From Bacteroidota bacterium (lineage in GTDB: Bacteria > Bacteroidota > Bacteroidia > Flavobacteriales > Flavobacteriaceae): DNA of 64,000 nucleotides. Location: assembly GCA_024279425.1 (NCBI GenBank), contig JAJRRO010000133.1:20759-84758 (forward strand), written 5' to 3'. Below, piece after piece: positions 49,494-60,509 of this stretch. The position numbers were made by a program, and so were the translations under genes. Within the stretch, counting starts at the first letter, position 1. Each line of letters begins with the position of its first letter. The notes beneath the pieces are model-generated. The model was given only the letters and a program-made list of their open reading frames with translations. It did no database searches and was not told where the DNA came from.

Positions 49494-49596
49494 AAAAGCA
49501 ATATTTTATTTATCGTGCAAAGGTAACTGCAAAATTACAATAATTATGCAGATTAGCAGTATTTATAGTAAGTTTGCTCGCCCTTAAATAAAACTT

Positions 49597-50442
49597 ATGG
49601 TGCTGATCAAATACAAAAAGGAACTAACCGAACATCTTTCCTTTACCGAAAAAAAGAAAAGTATTGGCTTGGTGCCTACTATGGGAGCTTTACATAGTGG
49701 TCATACAGCTCTAGTGCAAAGGGCCGCTCATGAGAATGAAGTTGTTGTGGTCAGTATTTTTGTCAACCCTACACAGTTCAATAACAAGAAGGACTTGGAG
49801 AAATATCCTCAGACACTAAAAAACGATATGGACCTTCTTGAAAAGATATCGAAAGACATATTGGTTTTTGCCCCAACCGTCAAAGAAATGTATTCCAATA
49901 AGGTGAAATCCGAAAATTATAATTTTGACGGACTTGAAAATGTAATGGAAGGGGCCTTCAGGGAGGGCCATTTTGATGGTGTCGGAACAATCGTTGAAAT
50001 ACTTTTGAATTCAGTAAAACCTGATAAAGCATATTTCGGTGAAAAAGACTTTCAACAATTGCAGATTATCAGAAAATTGGTTGAAATGCGAAACATTCCC
50101 GTGAAAATTATTGGTTGCCCTATTGTAAGGGAATCCAATGGATTGGCACTAAGCTCCAGAAATGAAAGGTTGTCTCATACTGTTAGAAATGAAGCCGCAT
50201 TTATCTTTAAGACACTAACGTCTGCCCAAAGAATATTTGGCACGGAAAGTGCAAAGAATGTTAAGGACTGGGTAACAAAACAATTTAAAAAACACCCAGA
50301 TTTTGAACTGGAGTATATTGAAATCACCGAAGCAGCTACATTAAAACCCATTATTAGAAAACAAAAAAACAGAAAGTACAGGGCATTTATCTCTGCTTAT
50401 GCTGATGGTGTGCGATTAATAGATAACATCGCCCTTAATTAA
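49597..50442 (+). CDS. panC: Pantoate--beta-alanine ligase
   Basis: PTMGALHSGH (the HxGH motif). Confidence 0.9.
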   Translation: MVLIKYKKELTEHLSFTEKKKSIGLVPTMGALHSGHTALVQRAAHENEVVVVSIFVNPTQFNNKKDLEKYPQTLKNDMDLLEKISKDILVFAPTVKEMYSNKVKSENYNFDGLENVMEGAFREGHFDGVGTIVEILLNSVKPDKAYFGEKDFQQLQIIRKLVEMRNIPVKIIGCPIVRESNGLALSSRNERLSHTVRNEAAFIFKTLTSAQRIFGTESAKNVKDWVTKQFKKHPDFELEYIEITEAATLKPIIRKQKNRKYRAFISAYADGVRLIDNIALN

Positions 50443-50455
50443 TTAACTTTGTCAC

Positions 50456-50806
50456 ATGCAAATAGAAGTCGTAAAATCTAAAATTCACCGTGTAAAAGTC
50501 ACTGGTGCGGATCTTAATTATATTGGTAGCATTACCATAGACGAGGATTTAATGGATGCCGCCAACATAATTCAAGGTGAAAAGGTCCAGATTGTGAACA
50601 ATAACAACGGTGAGCGATTAGAAACCTATGCTATTCCCGGTCCAAGAGGTAGTGGGGAAATTACACTAAACGGAGCCGCTTCTCGAAGAGTGGCAGTCGG
50701 CGATGTTTTGATTTTAATTACCTATGCCAGAATGGATATTGAAGAAGCGAAAAAGTTCAATCCTTCATTGGTGTTTCCTAATGAAGAGACCAATCTCATG
50801 AATTGA
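50456..50806 (+). CDS. panD: Aspartate 1-decarboxylase
   Basis: [29 protein letters not shown] carries the pyruvoyl-forming G-S site. Confidence 0.95.
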   Translation: MQIEVVKSKIHRVKVTGADLNYIGSITIDEDLMDAANIIQGEKVQIVNNNNGERLETYAIPGPRGSGEITLNGAASRRVAVGDVLILITYARMDIEEAKKFNPSLVFPNEETNLMN

Positions 50807-51774
50807 TTTTGAACAATCAACTAAAAAAAACATTAAAAACAGTACTCCCTATCGCGTTGGGGATTTTTTTGGTTTGGTACCTCTATAATTCGACAACTTC
50901 GGATCAACGATCTGAAATTCTCGGTTATATCAAAGAAGCGGACCCTCTATGGATCAGCATATCAATTGGCATTGGAATCTTAAGTCATATATCGAGAGCG
51001 ATTCGCTGGAACCACTTGTTGGAACCCCTAGGATACAAACCCAAAACAAGTAATAATGTACTTATAATTCTTACCGCTTATTTAACCAATTTGGGCATTC
51101 CAAGGTCAGGGGAATTTCTAAGGGCAACGGCCCTAGCTACCTATGAAGATGTTCCTTTTGAAAAAGGATTTGGCACTATTGTAACAGAAAGAGTCATAGA
51201 TGTCATAATGTTACTGCTCATTATATTGGCGGCCCTAATTTTACAGACCGAACTAATAATCGAATTTATCAAAGAAAGTGGAATTGGCCTTTTTGGCAGT
51301 ATGATTGTCTTAATCCTTGGTATTTTAGGCCTATTCATTACTATAAGACTAGTCAAAAAATCAACTTTGCCATTTGCTGTAAAATTAAAAGGTTTTCTGA
51401 AAAATTTATTGGAAGGTGTTCTCAGTATCTTTAGCATGAAGCGTAAATGGTCCTTTATCCTTCATACACTCTTTATTTGGGGTAGTTATGTAGCTATGTT
51501 TTGGGTCATTAAATTTACAGTTTTAGAAACTGTTGATCTTTCTTTAGGTGCTCTTCTTGTCGCCTTTGTTGGTGGTGCCATTGCAATGACCACCACGAAT
51601 GGAGGGTTCATTGCATACCCGGCATTCGTTAGCAAGTCCTTGGAAATTTTTGGTGTCAGTATTGTATCAGGAAATGCATTTGGTTGGATCATGTGGATTT
51701 CCCAAACCTTAATGGTTGTTGTTTTTGGTGCAATATCTTTTCTCTTATTACCGTTATTGAACAGAAATAGGTAG
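50803..51774 (+). CDS. Flippase-like (lysylphosphatidylglycerol-synthase TM region, UPF0104) membrane protein
   Basis: 8 TM helices of the LPG_synthase_TM family. Overlaps the panD stop by 4 nt. Confidence 0.6.
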   Translation: MILNNQLKKTLKTVLPIALGIFLVWYLYNSTTSDQRSEILGYIKEADPLWISISIGIGILSHISRAIRWNHLLEPLGYKPKTSNNVLIILTAYLTNLGIPRSGEFLRATALATYEDVPFEKGFGTIVTERVIDVIMLLLIILAALILQTELIIEFIKESGIGLFGSMIVLILGILGLFITIRLVKKSTLPFAVKLKGFLKNLLEGVLSIFSMKRKWSFILHTLFIWGSYVAMFWVIKFTVLETVDLSLGALLVAFVGGAIAMTTTNGGFIAYPAFVSKSLEIFGVSIVSGNAFGWIMWISQTLMVVVFGAISFLLLPLLNRNR

Positions 51775-51799
51775 TTTTCGACTGCTCAAAATATGTTTC

Positions 51800-52942
51800 A
51801 TGCAACGTTTTTTAATCGTGTTGGCATTGTTCGTTTGTTTTGGACTTAATGCCCAAGTCACCAAAGAAATCTTCGAATCTTTTAAACTTCAAGAAAGAAG
51901 GGACGTAAGCTATTATTTTCCCGAAAACTATAGTAAAGAAAAAAAGCATCCGCTAATTGTGGTTTTAGATGGTGACTATCTGTTCGAACAAGTAGTTGCG
52001 ACCGCCAAATTCTATAGTAAATTTCATGGTATGCCAGAGTCTATCATCGTTGGCATTCATCAAAGTGAAGGCAGTATTCGATTAGATGATTGTGCATTTG
52101 ACAAGGAAACTGGATTACCATTGGAAAAAGGAAGCAAGTTCTTTGAATTTTTGGGAATGGAAATCATTCCTTATCTAGACCTTAACTACAATACAGCACC
52201 ATTTAAAATGGTTGTTGGATATGATATAACAGCTAATTTTCAAAACTACTGGTTGTTCAAGGAACGCTCACTCTTCAATGCATACATAAACATATCGCCG
52301 ACCTTGGCTCCTGAAATGGAAACAAGAATACCGACTAGGTTAAAAGCAATGAACAAGCAGATTTTCTACCAATTGATTCAAGAGGGTGAGAAAAGTAGGT
52401 ACACCCCAAGAATCATGGCACTAAACAATGCCATAAAGGCCATTGACAAAGAATCCTTGCATTATTATTTCGACGAGTACCCCAGTGCTGATCATATATC
52501 AATTGTCTCTTATGGTATTGGGAAGGCTTTTGATAATATCTTTGGCATGTTCAAGCCTATTAGTCCCAAGGAGTACAAAACCCAAATATTAACATCGGTT
52601 GACCCTGTCTTTAATTATCTTGAAAATAAATACAAAAATATAGAAGACCTCTTCGGGATTAAAAAACCCGTCGACCTTAATGATGTCATGGCGATTTATG
52701 CGGGGACCCGAAAAAAAGAGGACTTTGAATCTTTAAAGCCCCTTTCAGATCTATGCAAGGTTGAATTTCCGAATACCATGTTGGGCTTCTATTTTGAAGG
52801 TGAATACTATGAACAAATGGGCGAACCCAAAAAAGCACTCCGTACTTTCGAAAAAGCTTTTGGCATGGAAGAAATCGACTTCTTGACCAAAGAAATGGCG
52901 CTAGAAAAAATGGATGCTTTAAAAGCCGATTTCGGATTCTAG
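51800..52942 (+). CDS. Secreted esterase-family alpha/beta hydrolase with a C-terminal TPR-like region
   Basis: Signal peptide. Putative-esterase (enterochelin-esterase-like) pattern HPLIVVLDGDYLF. Confidence 0.55.
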   Translation: MQRFLIVLALFVCFGLNAQVTKEIFESFKLQERRDVSYYFPENYSKEKKHPLIVVLDGDYLFEQVVATAKFYSKFHGMPESIIVGIHQSEGSIRLDDCAFDKETGLPLEKGSKFFEFLGMEIIPYLDLNYNTAPFKMVVGYDITANFQNYWLFKERSLFNAYINISPTLAPEMETRIPTRLKAMNKQIFYQLIQEGEKSRYTPRIMALNNAIKAIDKESLHYYFDEYPSADHISIVSYGIGKAFDNIFGMFKPISPKEYKTQILTSVDPVFNYLENKYKNIEDLFGIKKPVDLNDVMAIYAGTRKKEDFESLKPLSDLCKVEFPNTMLGFYFEGEYYEQMGEPKKALRTFEKAFGMEEIDFLTKEMALEKMDALKADFGF

Positions 52943-53021
52943 ATTTCCCGTTAGAAAACCACCAAACCACAAACTTTTTTAAAAGTTTGCTTTATCTTTG
53001 GCCAAAACCTTAAACTAAGGA

Positions 53022-54383
53022 ATGGCCAAGACCAAGACTGCTTTTTTTTGTCAAAATTGTGGAACCCAGTATGCCAAATGGGTAGGACAATGTTCTGCAT
53101 GTAAAGCGTGGAATACTGTTGTTGAAGAGGTAATTCAAAAGGAAGAGAAAAAGGGCTGGAAAACACCTTCAAGCACTTCAAAGAAAATTGCAAAACCCCT
53201 GCGTGTCAATGAAATAAATACTGACAAGGAACTGCGTTTAAGTACATACGACTTGGAATTCAATCGGGTATTGGGCGGTGGTTTGGTTCCCGGATCATTG
53301 GTGCTTTTGGGTGGGGAACCCGGTGTAGGCAAGAGTACTTTATTACTTCAAATAGCCTTGAAAATCCCTTATAAAACACTTTATGTTTCTGGTGAAGAAA
53401 GTCAGAAACAAATTAAAATGCGTGCTGATCGCATTCTTCCTAATAGTGAAAACTGCTATATTCTAACAGAGACAAAAACCCAGAATATATTTCAACAAAT
53501 TGAAGCCACAGAACCTGATATTGTGGTCATTGACTCCATTCAAACCTTACATTCGGATTATATCGAGTCTGCAGCAGGTAGTATTTCGCAAATTAGAGAG
53601 TGTACTGCAGAACTTATAAAATTCGCCAAAGAGACGAATACTCCAGTCGTTTTAATTGGCCATATTACGAAGGATGGTACTATTGCCGGACCCAAGATAT
53701 TGGAGCATATGGTGGATACGGTGCTACAATTTGAAGGTGATCGGAACTATGTATACCGCATTCTCCGGGCCTTAAAAAATAGGTTTGGATCAACATCGGA
53801 ACTTGGTATATACGAAATGCAAGGAAGTGGACTTCGGGAAGTGAACAACCCTTCCGAAATATTGATTTCAAAAAATGATGAAGGCCTCAGCGGAACTGCC
53901 ATAGCATCAACGGTAGAAGGCATGAGACCTTTAATGATAGAGATACAAGCTCTAGTTAGCACTGCCGTTTACGGTACTCCCCAACGCTCTACTACAGGTT
54001 ACAATGCCAAAAGATTGAATATGCTCTTGGCAGTACTTGAAAAACGTGCAGGTTTTAAACTAGGTGCTAAAGATGTCTTTTTGAATATAACAGGAGGCAT
54101 TTCCATTGATGACCCTGCCATTGATTTGGCAGTTATAGCAGCCATTCTTTCAAGCAATGAAGATATCTCCATTGAAAAAGGGGTTTGTTTTGCTGCTGAA
54201 GTAGGCCTAGCTGGCGAAATTAGGCCTGTACAACGGGTCGAACAACGAATTTTAGAAGCCGAGAAATTGGGATTCAACACCATTTATGTTTCCAAGAACA
54301 ATAAAATAAGTCTTAAGAACCCAAAAATCAATATTGAACTTGTAGCCAGAATCGAAGATGTAGTAAGAGGGCTATTCGGTTAA
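53022..54383 (+). CDS. radA: DNA repair protein RadA/Sms
   Basis: N-terminal C4 zinc finger CQNCG...CSAC. RecA-like Walker A GEPGVGKST. Lon-like C-terminal domain. Confidence 0.95.
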   Translation: MAKTKTAFFCQNCGTQYAKWVGQCSACKAWNTVVEEVIQKEEKKGWKTPSSTSKKIAKPLRVNEINTDKELRLSTYDLEFNRVLGGGLVPGSLVLLGGEPGVGKSTLLLQIALKIPYKTLYVSGEESQKQIKMRADRILPNSENCYILTETKTQNIFQQIEATEPDIVVIDSIQTLHSDYIESAAGSISQIRECTAELIKFAKETNTPVVLIGHITKDGTIAGPKILEHMVDTVLQFEGDRNYVYRILRALKNRFGSTSELGIYEMQGSGLREVNNPSEILISKNDEGLSGTAIASTVEGMRPLMIEIQALVSTAVYGTPQRSTTGYNAKRLNMLLAVLEKRAGFKLGAKDVFLNITGGISIDDPAIDLAVIAAILSSNEDISIEKGVCFAAEVGLAGEIRPVQRVEQRILEAEKLGFNTIYVSKNNKISLKNPKINIELVARIEDVVRGLFG

Positions 54384-54478
54384 CGCTTGTCTCTCATGAT
54401 TCGTGCAAAAACCAAAATGACCAGTACTACCACTATAATCAAAACAAGCTGCCCAAATCCTACATTTAGAAAATACAT
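54380..54478 (-). CDS. Candidate 32-aa hydrophobic single-TM peptide
   Basis: ATG at 54478. Sequence MYFLNVGFGQLVLIIVVVLVILVFARIMRDKR, then stop. Lies 9 nt downstream of the aldo/keto reductase gene on the same strand. Not in the ORF track; no homology evidence. Confidence 0.2.
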   Translation of the reverse strand: MYFLNVGFGQLVLIIVVVLVILVFARIMRDKR

Positions 54479-54487
54479 AGTTTTTAT

Positions 54488-55528
54488 TTAAGGTGCTGGA
54501 TTTGGAATTTCGTTATGAATGGCTTCTATGCCTTCTAGCACTTCATCATTAAGGTCAACATTTATACTTGCAATATTCTCCTTCAATTGGTCCATTGTTG
54601 TGGCCCCGATAATATTACTACTCACAAAAGGTCTCGAATTCACGAAGGCAAGCGACATTTGGGTCAATGAAAGATTATGTGTTCGAGCTAGGTCAAAATA
54701 CTTCTGAGTAGCATTGGTTGCTGTCTCGCTACTATATCTAACATAAGCGGGAAACAAGGCAAGTCTTGATTTTTCGGGCATTTCTCCTCCCAAATACTTC
54801 CCACTTAATACTCCAAATCCCATAGGTGAGTAGGCCAAAAGACCAATATGCTCCCGCATTGAAATTTCACTGAGACCGGTTTCAAATATGCGGTTTAGAA
54901 GACTATATGGATTTTGAATGCTTATGACTCGGGGAAGACTAGTATGCACCTTGCTCTCTTCCAAAAATCGCATTGTGCCCCATGGTGTTTCATTCGAAAT
55001 TCCCACATGCCTTATTTTACCTTCTTGGACCAAGTCACGTAAAGTCTCCAACACTTGATGTATGTTATCTTCCCAGTGATCGGTTATATCGTGTTTATAG
55101 TCTCTTTTTCCAAAAAAATTGGTTGTACGTTCCGGCCAATGCAATTGGTACAAATCAATATAATCGGTCTGTAACCTTTTAAGGCTCGCATGCACTGCAT
55201 CAATAATGGATTCCCTACTATACCCCGTCGTACGGATGAACTTGGAAAATTCTCCTTTCCCTGCAATTTTAGAAGCAAGAACCACCTTGTCCCTATTCCT
55301 GGTCTTCTTAAACCAGTTCCCTATAATTTTCTCAGTATTTGAATGACGGTCTGGATCGGGCGGAATGGAATACAGTTCAGCCGTATCAAAAAAATTGACT
55401 CCTTGGTCAAGGGCGTAATCCATTTGCTCATGGCCTTCAGCTTCGGTATTCTGATTGCCCCAGGTCATGGTACCTAAACATATTTTACTTACTTCAATAT
55501 CGGTATGTGGTAATTTGGTATATCTCAT
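54488..55528 (-). CDS. NADP-dependent aldo/keto reductase (Tas/YajO-like)
   Basis: MRYTKLPHTDIEVSKICLGTMTWG and the AKR catalytic tetrad context. Confidence 0.85.
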   Translation of the reverse strand: MRYTKLPHTDIEVSKICLGTMTWGNQNTEAEGHEQMDYALDQGVNFFDTAELYSIPPDPDRHSNTEKIIGNWFKKTRNRDKVVLASKIAGKGEFSKFIRTTGYSRESIIDAVHASLKRLQTDYIDLYQLHWPERTTNFFGKRDYKHDITDHWEDNIHQVLETLRDLVQEGKIRHVGISNETPWGTMRFLEESKVHTSLPRVISIQNPYSLLNRIFETGLSEISMREHIGLLAYSPMGFGVLSGKYLGGEMPEKSRLALFPAYVRYSSETATNATQKYFDLARTHNLSLTQMSLAFVNSRPFVSSNIIGATTMDQLKENIASINVDLNDEVLEGIEAIHNEIPNPAP

Positions 55529-55604
55529 TCAGTTATTTGTACTATATGGTTTTTCAAATTTCAAAACTACGAATATTAATTGCTAACAAAAGAGAGAAGC
55601 ACTC

Positions 55605-56366
55605 TTATCCTAATTCAACCAGAATAGGGCAATGATCACTATGCTTTGCATCGGATAGTATTACGGAGCGCTTTAATCTACCCTCAAGAGGTTCGCTCAC
55701 CATACCATAATCCAAGCGCCAACCTTTATTATTGTTTCTGGCATTTGCCCGGTAGCTCCACCATGTATAGTTATGAGGTTCTTTATTCAAATGTCTGAAA
55801 CTATCTATGAACCCATTTTTCATGAAATTCCCGATCCATTCGCGTTCCACAGGTAAAAACCCTGAAACATTCTTATTGCGGACCGGATCATGGATGTCAA
55901 TAGCTTCATGACAAATATTATAATCCCCTAAGATTATCAGGTTAGGATACTCCTTTTTTAGCGTATTGATATACTTCTGAAACTCGGCCATATATTTCAA
56001 TTTAAAATCCAGTCGTTGCAAATTGGTTCCAGAGGGTAAATATAGGCTCATAACGGAAACTCCATTGAAGTCAGCGCGAAGGTTTCTTCCCTCAAAATCC
56101 ATATAATCTATTCCCGTTCCGTACTCGACATGGTCAGGCTTGCTCTTTGAAAGAATAGCCACACCACTATACCCTTTCTTTTGTGCGCTATACCAATAAT
56201 TGTTTGAATATCCTGCTTCTTCAAACAAAGAAAGATCTAATTGTTCTTTCATCGCCTTAATCTCTTGCAAGCATATAACATCTGGGCCAACGGTCTTCAA
56301 CCATTCTAAAAAGCCCTTATTAATAGCAGCGCGAATACCATTTACGTTGTATGATACTATTTTCAC
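55605..56366 (-). CDS. xth: Exodeoxyribonuclease III
   Basis: MKIVSYNVNGIRA, the EEP nuclease fold, and a C-terminal SDHCP. Confidence 0.9.
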   Translation of the reverse strand: MKIVSYNVNGIRAAINKGFLEWLKTVGPDVICLQEIKAMKEQLDLSLFEEAGYSNNYWYSAQKKGYSGVAILSKSKPDHVEYGTGIDYMDFEGRNLRADFNGVSVMSLYLPSGTNLQRLDFKLKYMAEFQKYINTLKKEYPNLIILGDYNICHEAIDIHDPVRNKNVSGFLPVEREWIGNFMKNGFIDSFRHLNKEPHNYTWWSYRANARNNNKGWRLDYGMVSEPLEGRLKRSVILSDAKHSDHCPILVELG

Positions 56367-56528
56367 TTTTCAAATTTTGACCAAAAATAGGGAATGTTTT
56401 TTGTTCCTTTGAATAAATGGAGGCTTATCTAAAGTTCATCGATATTGATTCTAAATCAACAATTCATTTTTACATTTACCACTTTGGAACAAGATTTGAT
56501 TTCCATCTAGAATATCAAAAAAAATCGA

Positions 56529-57050
56529 GTGATGAAAAATCTATGTATTGCTGTTGCCTTGTTAGGAACCTACCTCATACATGCACAGGCCTATCCGCGG
56601 TTCAACAATGACAATGAATTAAAGTTCAACATCGGTCAGTTTTTGGCCAATGGCACTGTGGAAGGTTCTTATGAGTATTTTTTTAGCGAAGACACCAGTA
56701 TTGGTGGAACTTTATATTTTGATGATGATGCAACTGATTATAATGGCAACTTTGGCATTGGCCCCAATGTAAGGGCCTATTTTGGGTACATCCCTAGAAG
56801 TGGCTTTTTTGCCGAGGCTTTTGGCCTCTATTACACTGGGGAAGACGAAGTTTCTGATAATGATCTAGGGGTGCGAAACAATGATTATAACACTACTGCT
56901 TTAGGATTGGGTTTCGGAAATAAATGGGTGACCCAGAGTCAAAAATTCAGCTTGGAAATAAGTGCAGGAATAGGCAGGAACGTAAACCCCGAAGTTTTTC
57001 AGGATACCTTTATGTTCCGAGCAGGGTTTTCCTTAGGTTTTAGGTTTTGA
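56529..57050 (+). CDS. Small outer-membrane beta-barrel protein
   Basis: Signal peptide, alternating amphipathic strands, C-terminal F. Confidence 0.55.
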   Translation: MMKNLCIAVALLGTYLIHAQAYPRFNNDNELKFNIGQFLANGTVEGSYEYFFSEDTSIGGTLYFDDDATDYNGNFGIGPNVRAYFGYIPRSGFFAEAFGLYYTGEDEVSDNDLGVRNNDYNTTALGLGFGNKWVTQSQKFSLEISAGIGRNVNPEVFQDTFMFRAGFSLGFRF

Positions 57051-57065
57051 AAAATTGTAGCCTTT

Positions 57066-57977
57066 CTAATCCAAATCCTCAAATTTGGTATCTGCGGTTT
57101 TTATCTCGGCGTTCAAGTCAAAATCCCTATAATTTCTTTTTTTGAATCGCAGATTCTTATTTCCAAAATCCAGAAAAGCCAAATTCAAATTATCCGGAAT
57201 ATTTTGTTTCATCATGGCCTTATCAAATTCATTATTTTGAACCTGTAGCAATTTTAACCTTGGGAGTAAAAAGATACTTTTCGGAAATTCTCCTTTTAAC
57301 CTATTTTCGGCAAGAATCAAGCTATGAAGATTGTTCAGTTTACCAAGGGCATTTGGTACATATCCTTCTATTTTATTATTAGCCAATTCCAGATTTTCCA
57401 AAGCCTCAATGTTTCCAACTTCTTGAGGAATTTGACCCCTAAAATTGTTATTCGAAAGCACAAGTGACCTCAACCGAATCAACTTTCCAAGACCAGCGGG
57501 TAACTGACCGGCTAATTTATTATTATATAGATCCAACACCTCCAATTTATTAAGGTTCCCTATATTTTCTGGGATAGTCCCAGTAAATTGGTTTTTTCCC
57601 ATTCTTAGGATTCTTAGTTCCTTTAATGATATAATATCCTTGGGAATCGTTCCTTTAATAGAGTTAAAAGCAATGTTCAATACCCGAAGGTTCGTTAGCT
57701 TTCCTATTGCTTGCGGAAGCTCTCCTACAAGATTATTGTTGAACAGGTTAAGGGACACTATACTACATTTCTCAACGCCCACTCCGCGCCATGCGGAAAT
57801 CGGTTTTGACACATCCCACGGAATCGTCCAATTTGGCCCATTTGTTTGTTCATAAATTTCCAGAAGTACAGATTTACCACTTTGTGAAATCCTAGCGAAA
57901 ACTGCCGTTTCAACACATAGAACAAGTATGAGGATGCCCATGAATTTTTTTATGGCAAATGAACTAGTGTATTCCAT
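57066..57977 (-). CDS. Secreted leucine-rich-repeat protein with plant-type LRRs
   Basis: Signal peptide, an LRRNT-like cap (LLEIYEQTNGPNWTIPW), then about 8 repeats of LxxLxxLxLxxNxLxGxIPxxIGxLxxL. Confidence 0.7.
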   Translation of the reverse strand: MEYTSSFAIKKFMGILILVLCVETAVFARISQSGKSVLLEIYEQTNGPNWTIPWDVSKPISAWRGVGVEKCSIVSLNLFNNNLVGELPQAIGKLTNLRVLNIAFNSIKGTIPKDIISLKELRILRMGKNQFTGTIPENIGNLNKLEVLDLYNNKLAGQLPAGLGKLIRLRSLVLSNNNFRGQIPQEVGNIEALENLELANNKIEGYVPNALGKLNNLHSLILAENRLKGEFPKSIFLLPRLKLLQVQNNEFDKAMMKQNIPDNLNLAFLDFGNKNLRFKKRNYRDFDLNAEIKTADTKFEDLD

Positions 57978-58221
57978 ATTCTTTTTTCAAATGAGACCTT
58001 ATTCAAATCTGGTAAGGTGTATACTACAAATTAAGTATAACATCGTTAAACAGACAAAATTGATCGTTGAAATGAAGGTCATTGACCCATTTTTGTTGTG
58101 AAGGCTTTAAAACCTGTGGTCTCATTTGTGATAAATGAGAATACTACGTAACATTTTAATCCCGATGCGATAGTTTGTATTCCTGTTTGATTTCCTATTT
58201 TTGCGGCTTTAATCAACCTAA

Positions 58222-60303
58222 ATGAAGACCTTTTTTTACATTTCAGTTTTCCTTTTTTTCTTTTCTTTCGCATTGGCCCAAGAAGCTGTTCAAAAAGACA
58301 CCATTACCAGATTAGATGAGGTAGTGCTTTTAGACTCCCTTAAACCAAAACAAGCTACGGGAATTGTTCCCTCGAAAATCATTGGGACCAAGATCTTTCA
58401 GAATTATAGTCCGGCCGATATGGTTTCCTCCATGAACCAAATTCCCGGGGTATTTGTATTGTCCGGGGCACTGAATACCAATCGGATCACGATTCGCGGC
58501 GTGGGAGCCAGAACCCCATTTGGCACGGACAAACTCCGTTTGTATTACAACGAAATACCCGTGACCAATGGCACGGGTTCTTCAACCATCGAGGCCTATG
58601 ATTTAGAAAATCTGAATTCCATTGAAGTCATAAAAGGCCCAAAGGGCACTGCCTTTGGTGCTAATTTAGGAGGAGCCATCATTTTAAACCCTAAAGAAGC
58701 CTTGCAAGAATCGACTACTTTTAAAAATAGTCTGACGGTAGGTTCCTATGGGCTCTTAAAAAACAGTTTTGGGTTTACGCATGCCGATGCAAGGCTTTCT
58801 TTGGAGCTTCGCTATGGGCATATGAATATTGATGGGTATCGCGAGAACAATCGTTTTGAGCGTGAAGGCATTTTATTAAATACCTCTTATAAGATCAACG
58901 CAAAAAACAAGATTGGATTCTTTTTGAATTATATCGACTATACGGCTCAAATTGCCAGTTCACTAAGTCAATCTGCCTTTGATGAAGATCCAACACAAGC
59001 TGCTTTTACCTGGAATGCCGCTAAAGGTCATGAGGCAAACAAATATACCTTGGCGGGAGTTTCCTATTCGTATACCTTTCATCAAAGACTTAAGAATACC
59101 ACCAGCATTTTCTACACTTATCTAGATCATTATGAACCGAGACCCTTTAATATTCTGGATGAATTCACAAATGGTTATGGATTTAGAACCCGGTTTTTAG
59201 GAAATTTCGACCTTGCCGGGCAAGACGGCCAATATAGTTTTGGTGCAGAATTATATAAAGACAAGTATCATTGGGGTACTTTTCAGAATCTGTACGAAGA
59301 CAATAATGGAAATGGAAGTCTTTTAGGAGATCGAATCAGTGATAATGAGGAATTACGAAGCCAATTCAGTGCGTTTGGAACCTTGACCCTACCCTTTGCC
59401 AGTTATTTTAAGGCCCAATTGGGATTGAACATCAACAAGACCAATTATGACTTTCAAGACCTGTTCAACACTGGTGCGGCCAACAAAAGTGGAGAACGCG
59501 ATTTTGATGTCATCTTTTTACCGAGTTTAAACCTGACCTATACCTTTTTCCCGGGACAAAGCATCTATACCAATATAAGCCGAGGATACTCAAACCCCAG
59601 TTTGGAAGAATCCCTGACTCCAGATGGAGTCATAAATCCTGATATTGCACAAGAAACAGGAACCAATTATGAATTGGGCAGCCAACTATCTTTGTTAAAC
59701 AACAACCTAAAGGTCGATGTCTCTTTGTACCGCATGGATATCAAAAATCTTTTAGTGGCACAACGGGTCGGTGATGATGAATATATTGGCAAAAATGCCG
59801 GGCGTACCAAACACCAAGGGATTGAGCTGGATCTTAATTATAGAATCAAGTTGGCTCCTAAATTTCACATCACACCTTTTGTGGCCTATTCTTTTAGTAA
59901 CCATACGTTCGTTGAATTCATTGATGGCGATGATGATTTCTCGGATAATCCACTAACCGGGGTTCCCGAACATCGTTTAAACAGTGGCTTGCAAATGCAA
60001 ATGCGTAATGGTCTTTATTGGAATACCACCCACCAACATGTGGGAAGAATATCGTTGACCGATGCCAATACCCTTTCTAGTGAAGGTTACAATCTTTTGC
60101 ATACGCGACTGGGTTACAAAAAACAACTGTCGCATGCCTTTTCCATAGGTGTAGACTTTGGTGTTAACAACCTAACGAATACCAAATATGCCCAATCGGT
60201 GTTGATCAATGCCAGTAGCTTTGGCGGTAGGGCACCCCGCTATTTTTACCCTGGGAATGATCGAAATTTTTACGGTGGCTTACTCTTGAATTATAGGCTA
60301 TAG
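58222..60303 (+). CDS. TonB-dependent receptor
   Basis: Signal peptide, plug (IEVIKGPKGTAFGANLGG), 22-strand barrel. 693 aa. Confidence 0.85.
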   Translation: MKTFFYISVFLFFFSFALAQEAVQKDTITRLDEVVLLDSLKPKQATGIVPSKIIGTKIFQNYSPADMVSSMNQIPGVFVLSGALNTNRITIRGVGARTPFGTDKLRLYYNEIPVTNGTGSSTIEAYDLENLNSIEVIKGPKGTAFGANLGGAIILNPKEALQESTTFKNSLTVGSYGLLKNSFGFTHADARLSLELRYGHMNIDGYRENNRFEREGILLNTSYKINAKNKIGFFLNYIDYTAQIASSLSQSAFDEDPTQAAFTWNAAKGHEANKYTLAGVSYSYTFHQRLKNTTSIFYTYLDHYEPRPFNILDEFTNGYGFRTRFLGNFDLAGQDGQYSFGAELYKDKYHWGTFQNLYEDNNGNGSLLGDRISDNEELRSQFSAFGTLTLPFASYFKAQLGLNINKTNYDFQDLFNTGAANKSGERDFDVIFLPSLNLTYTFFPGQSIYTNISRGYSNPSLEESLTPDGVINPDIAQETGTNYELGSQLSLLNNNLKVDVSLYRMDIKNLLVAQRVGDDEYIGKNAGRTKHQGIELDLNYRIKLAPKFHITPFVAYSFSNHTFVEFIDGDDDFSDNPLTGVPEHRLNSGLQMQMRNGLYWNTTHQHVGRISLTDANTLSSEGYNLLHTRLGYKKQLSHAFSIGVDFGVNNLTNTKYAQSVLINASSFGGRAPRYFYPGNDRNFYGGLLLNYRL

Positions 60304-60509
60304 CACTTCTTTTCTTACACTAATAATTGGTTATCTTGGCACTAAAATAAGAGCGATCAAAACAGCAATAAACTGCACATAGCCACCCGATTTGGGGAAA
60401 TAAGCGTATAAAACATGCACATATAAACAAGTTGTACTTCATTAAAACCAGCATTAACCAATGAAAAAAATAATGCTTTTATTGAAACAAGTTCATAAGG
60501 TATTAGCCT

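Noticed and set aside
58079-58221. Possible riboswitch upstream of the TonB receptor gene at 58222
   Set aside because: It contains TCCCGATGCGATAG, which resembles a half-site of the palindrome, but no recognisable riboswitch consensus. The evidence is insufficient.
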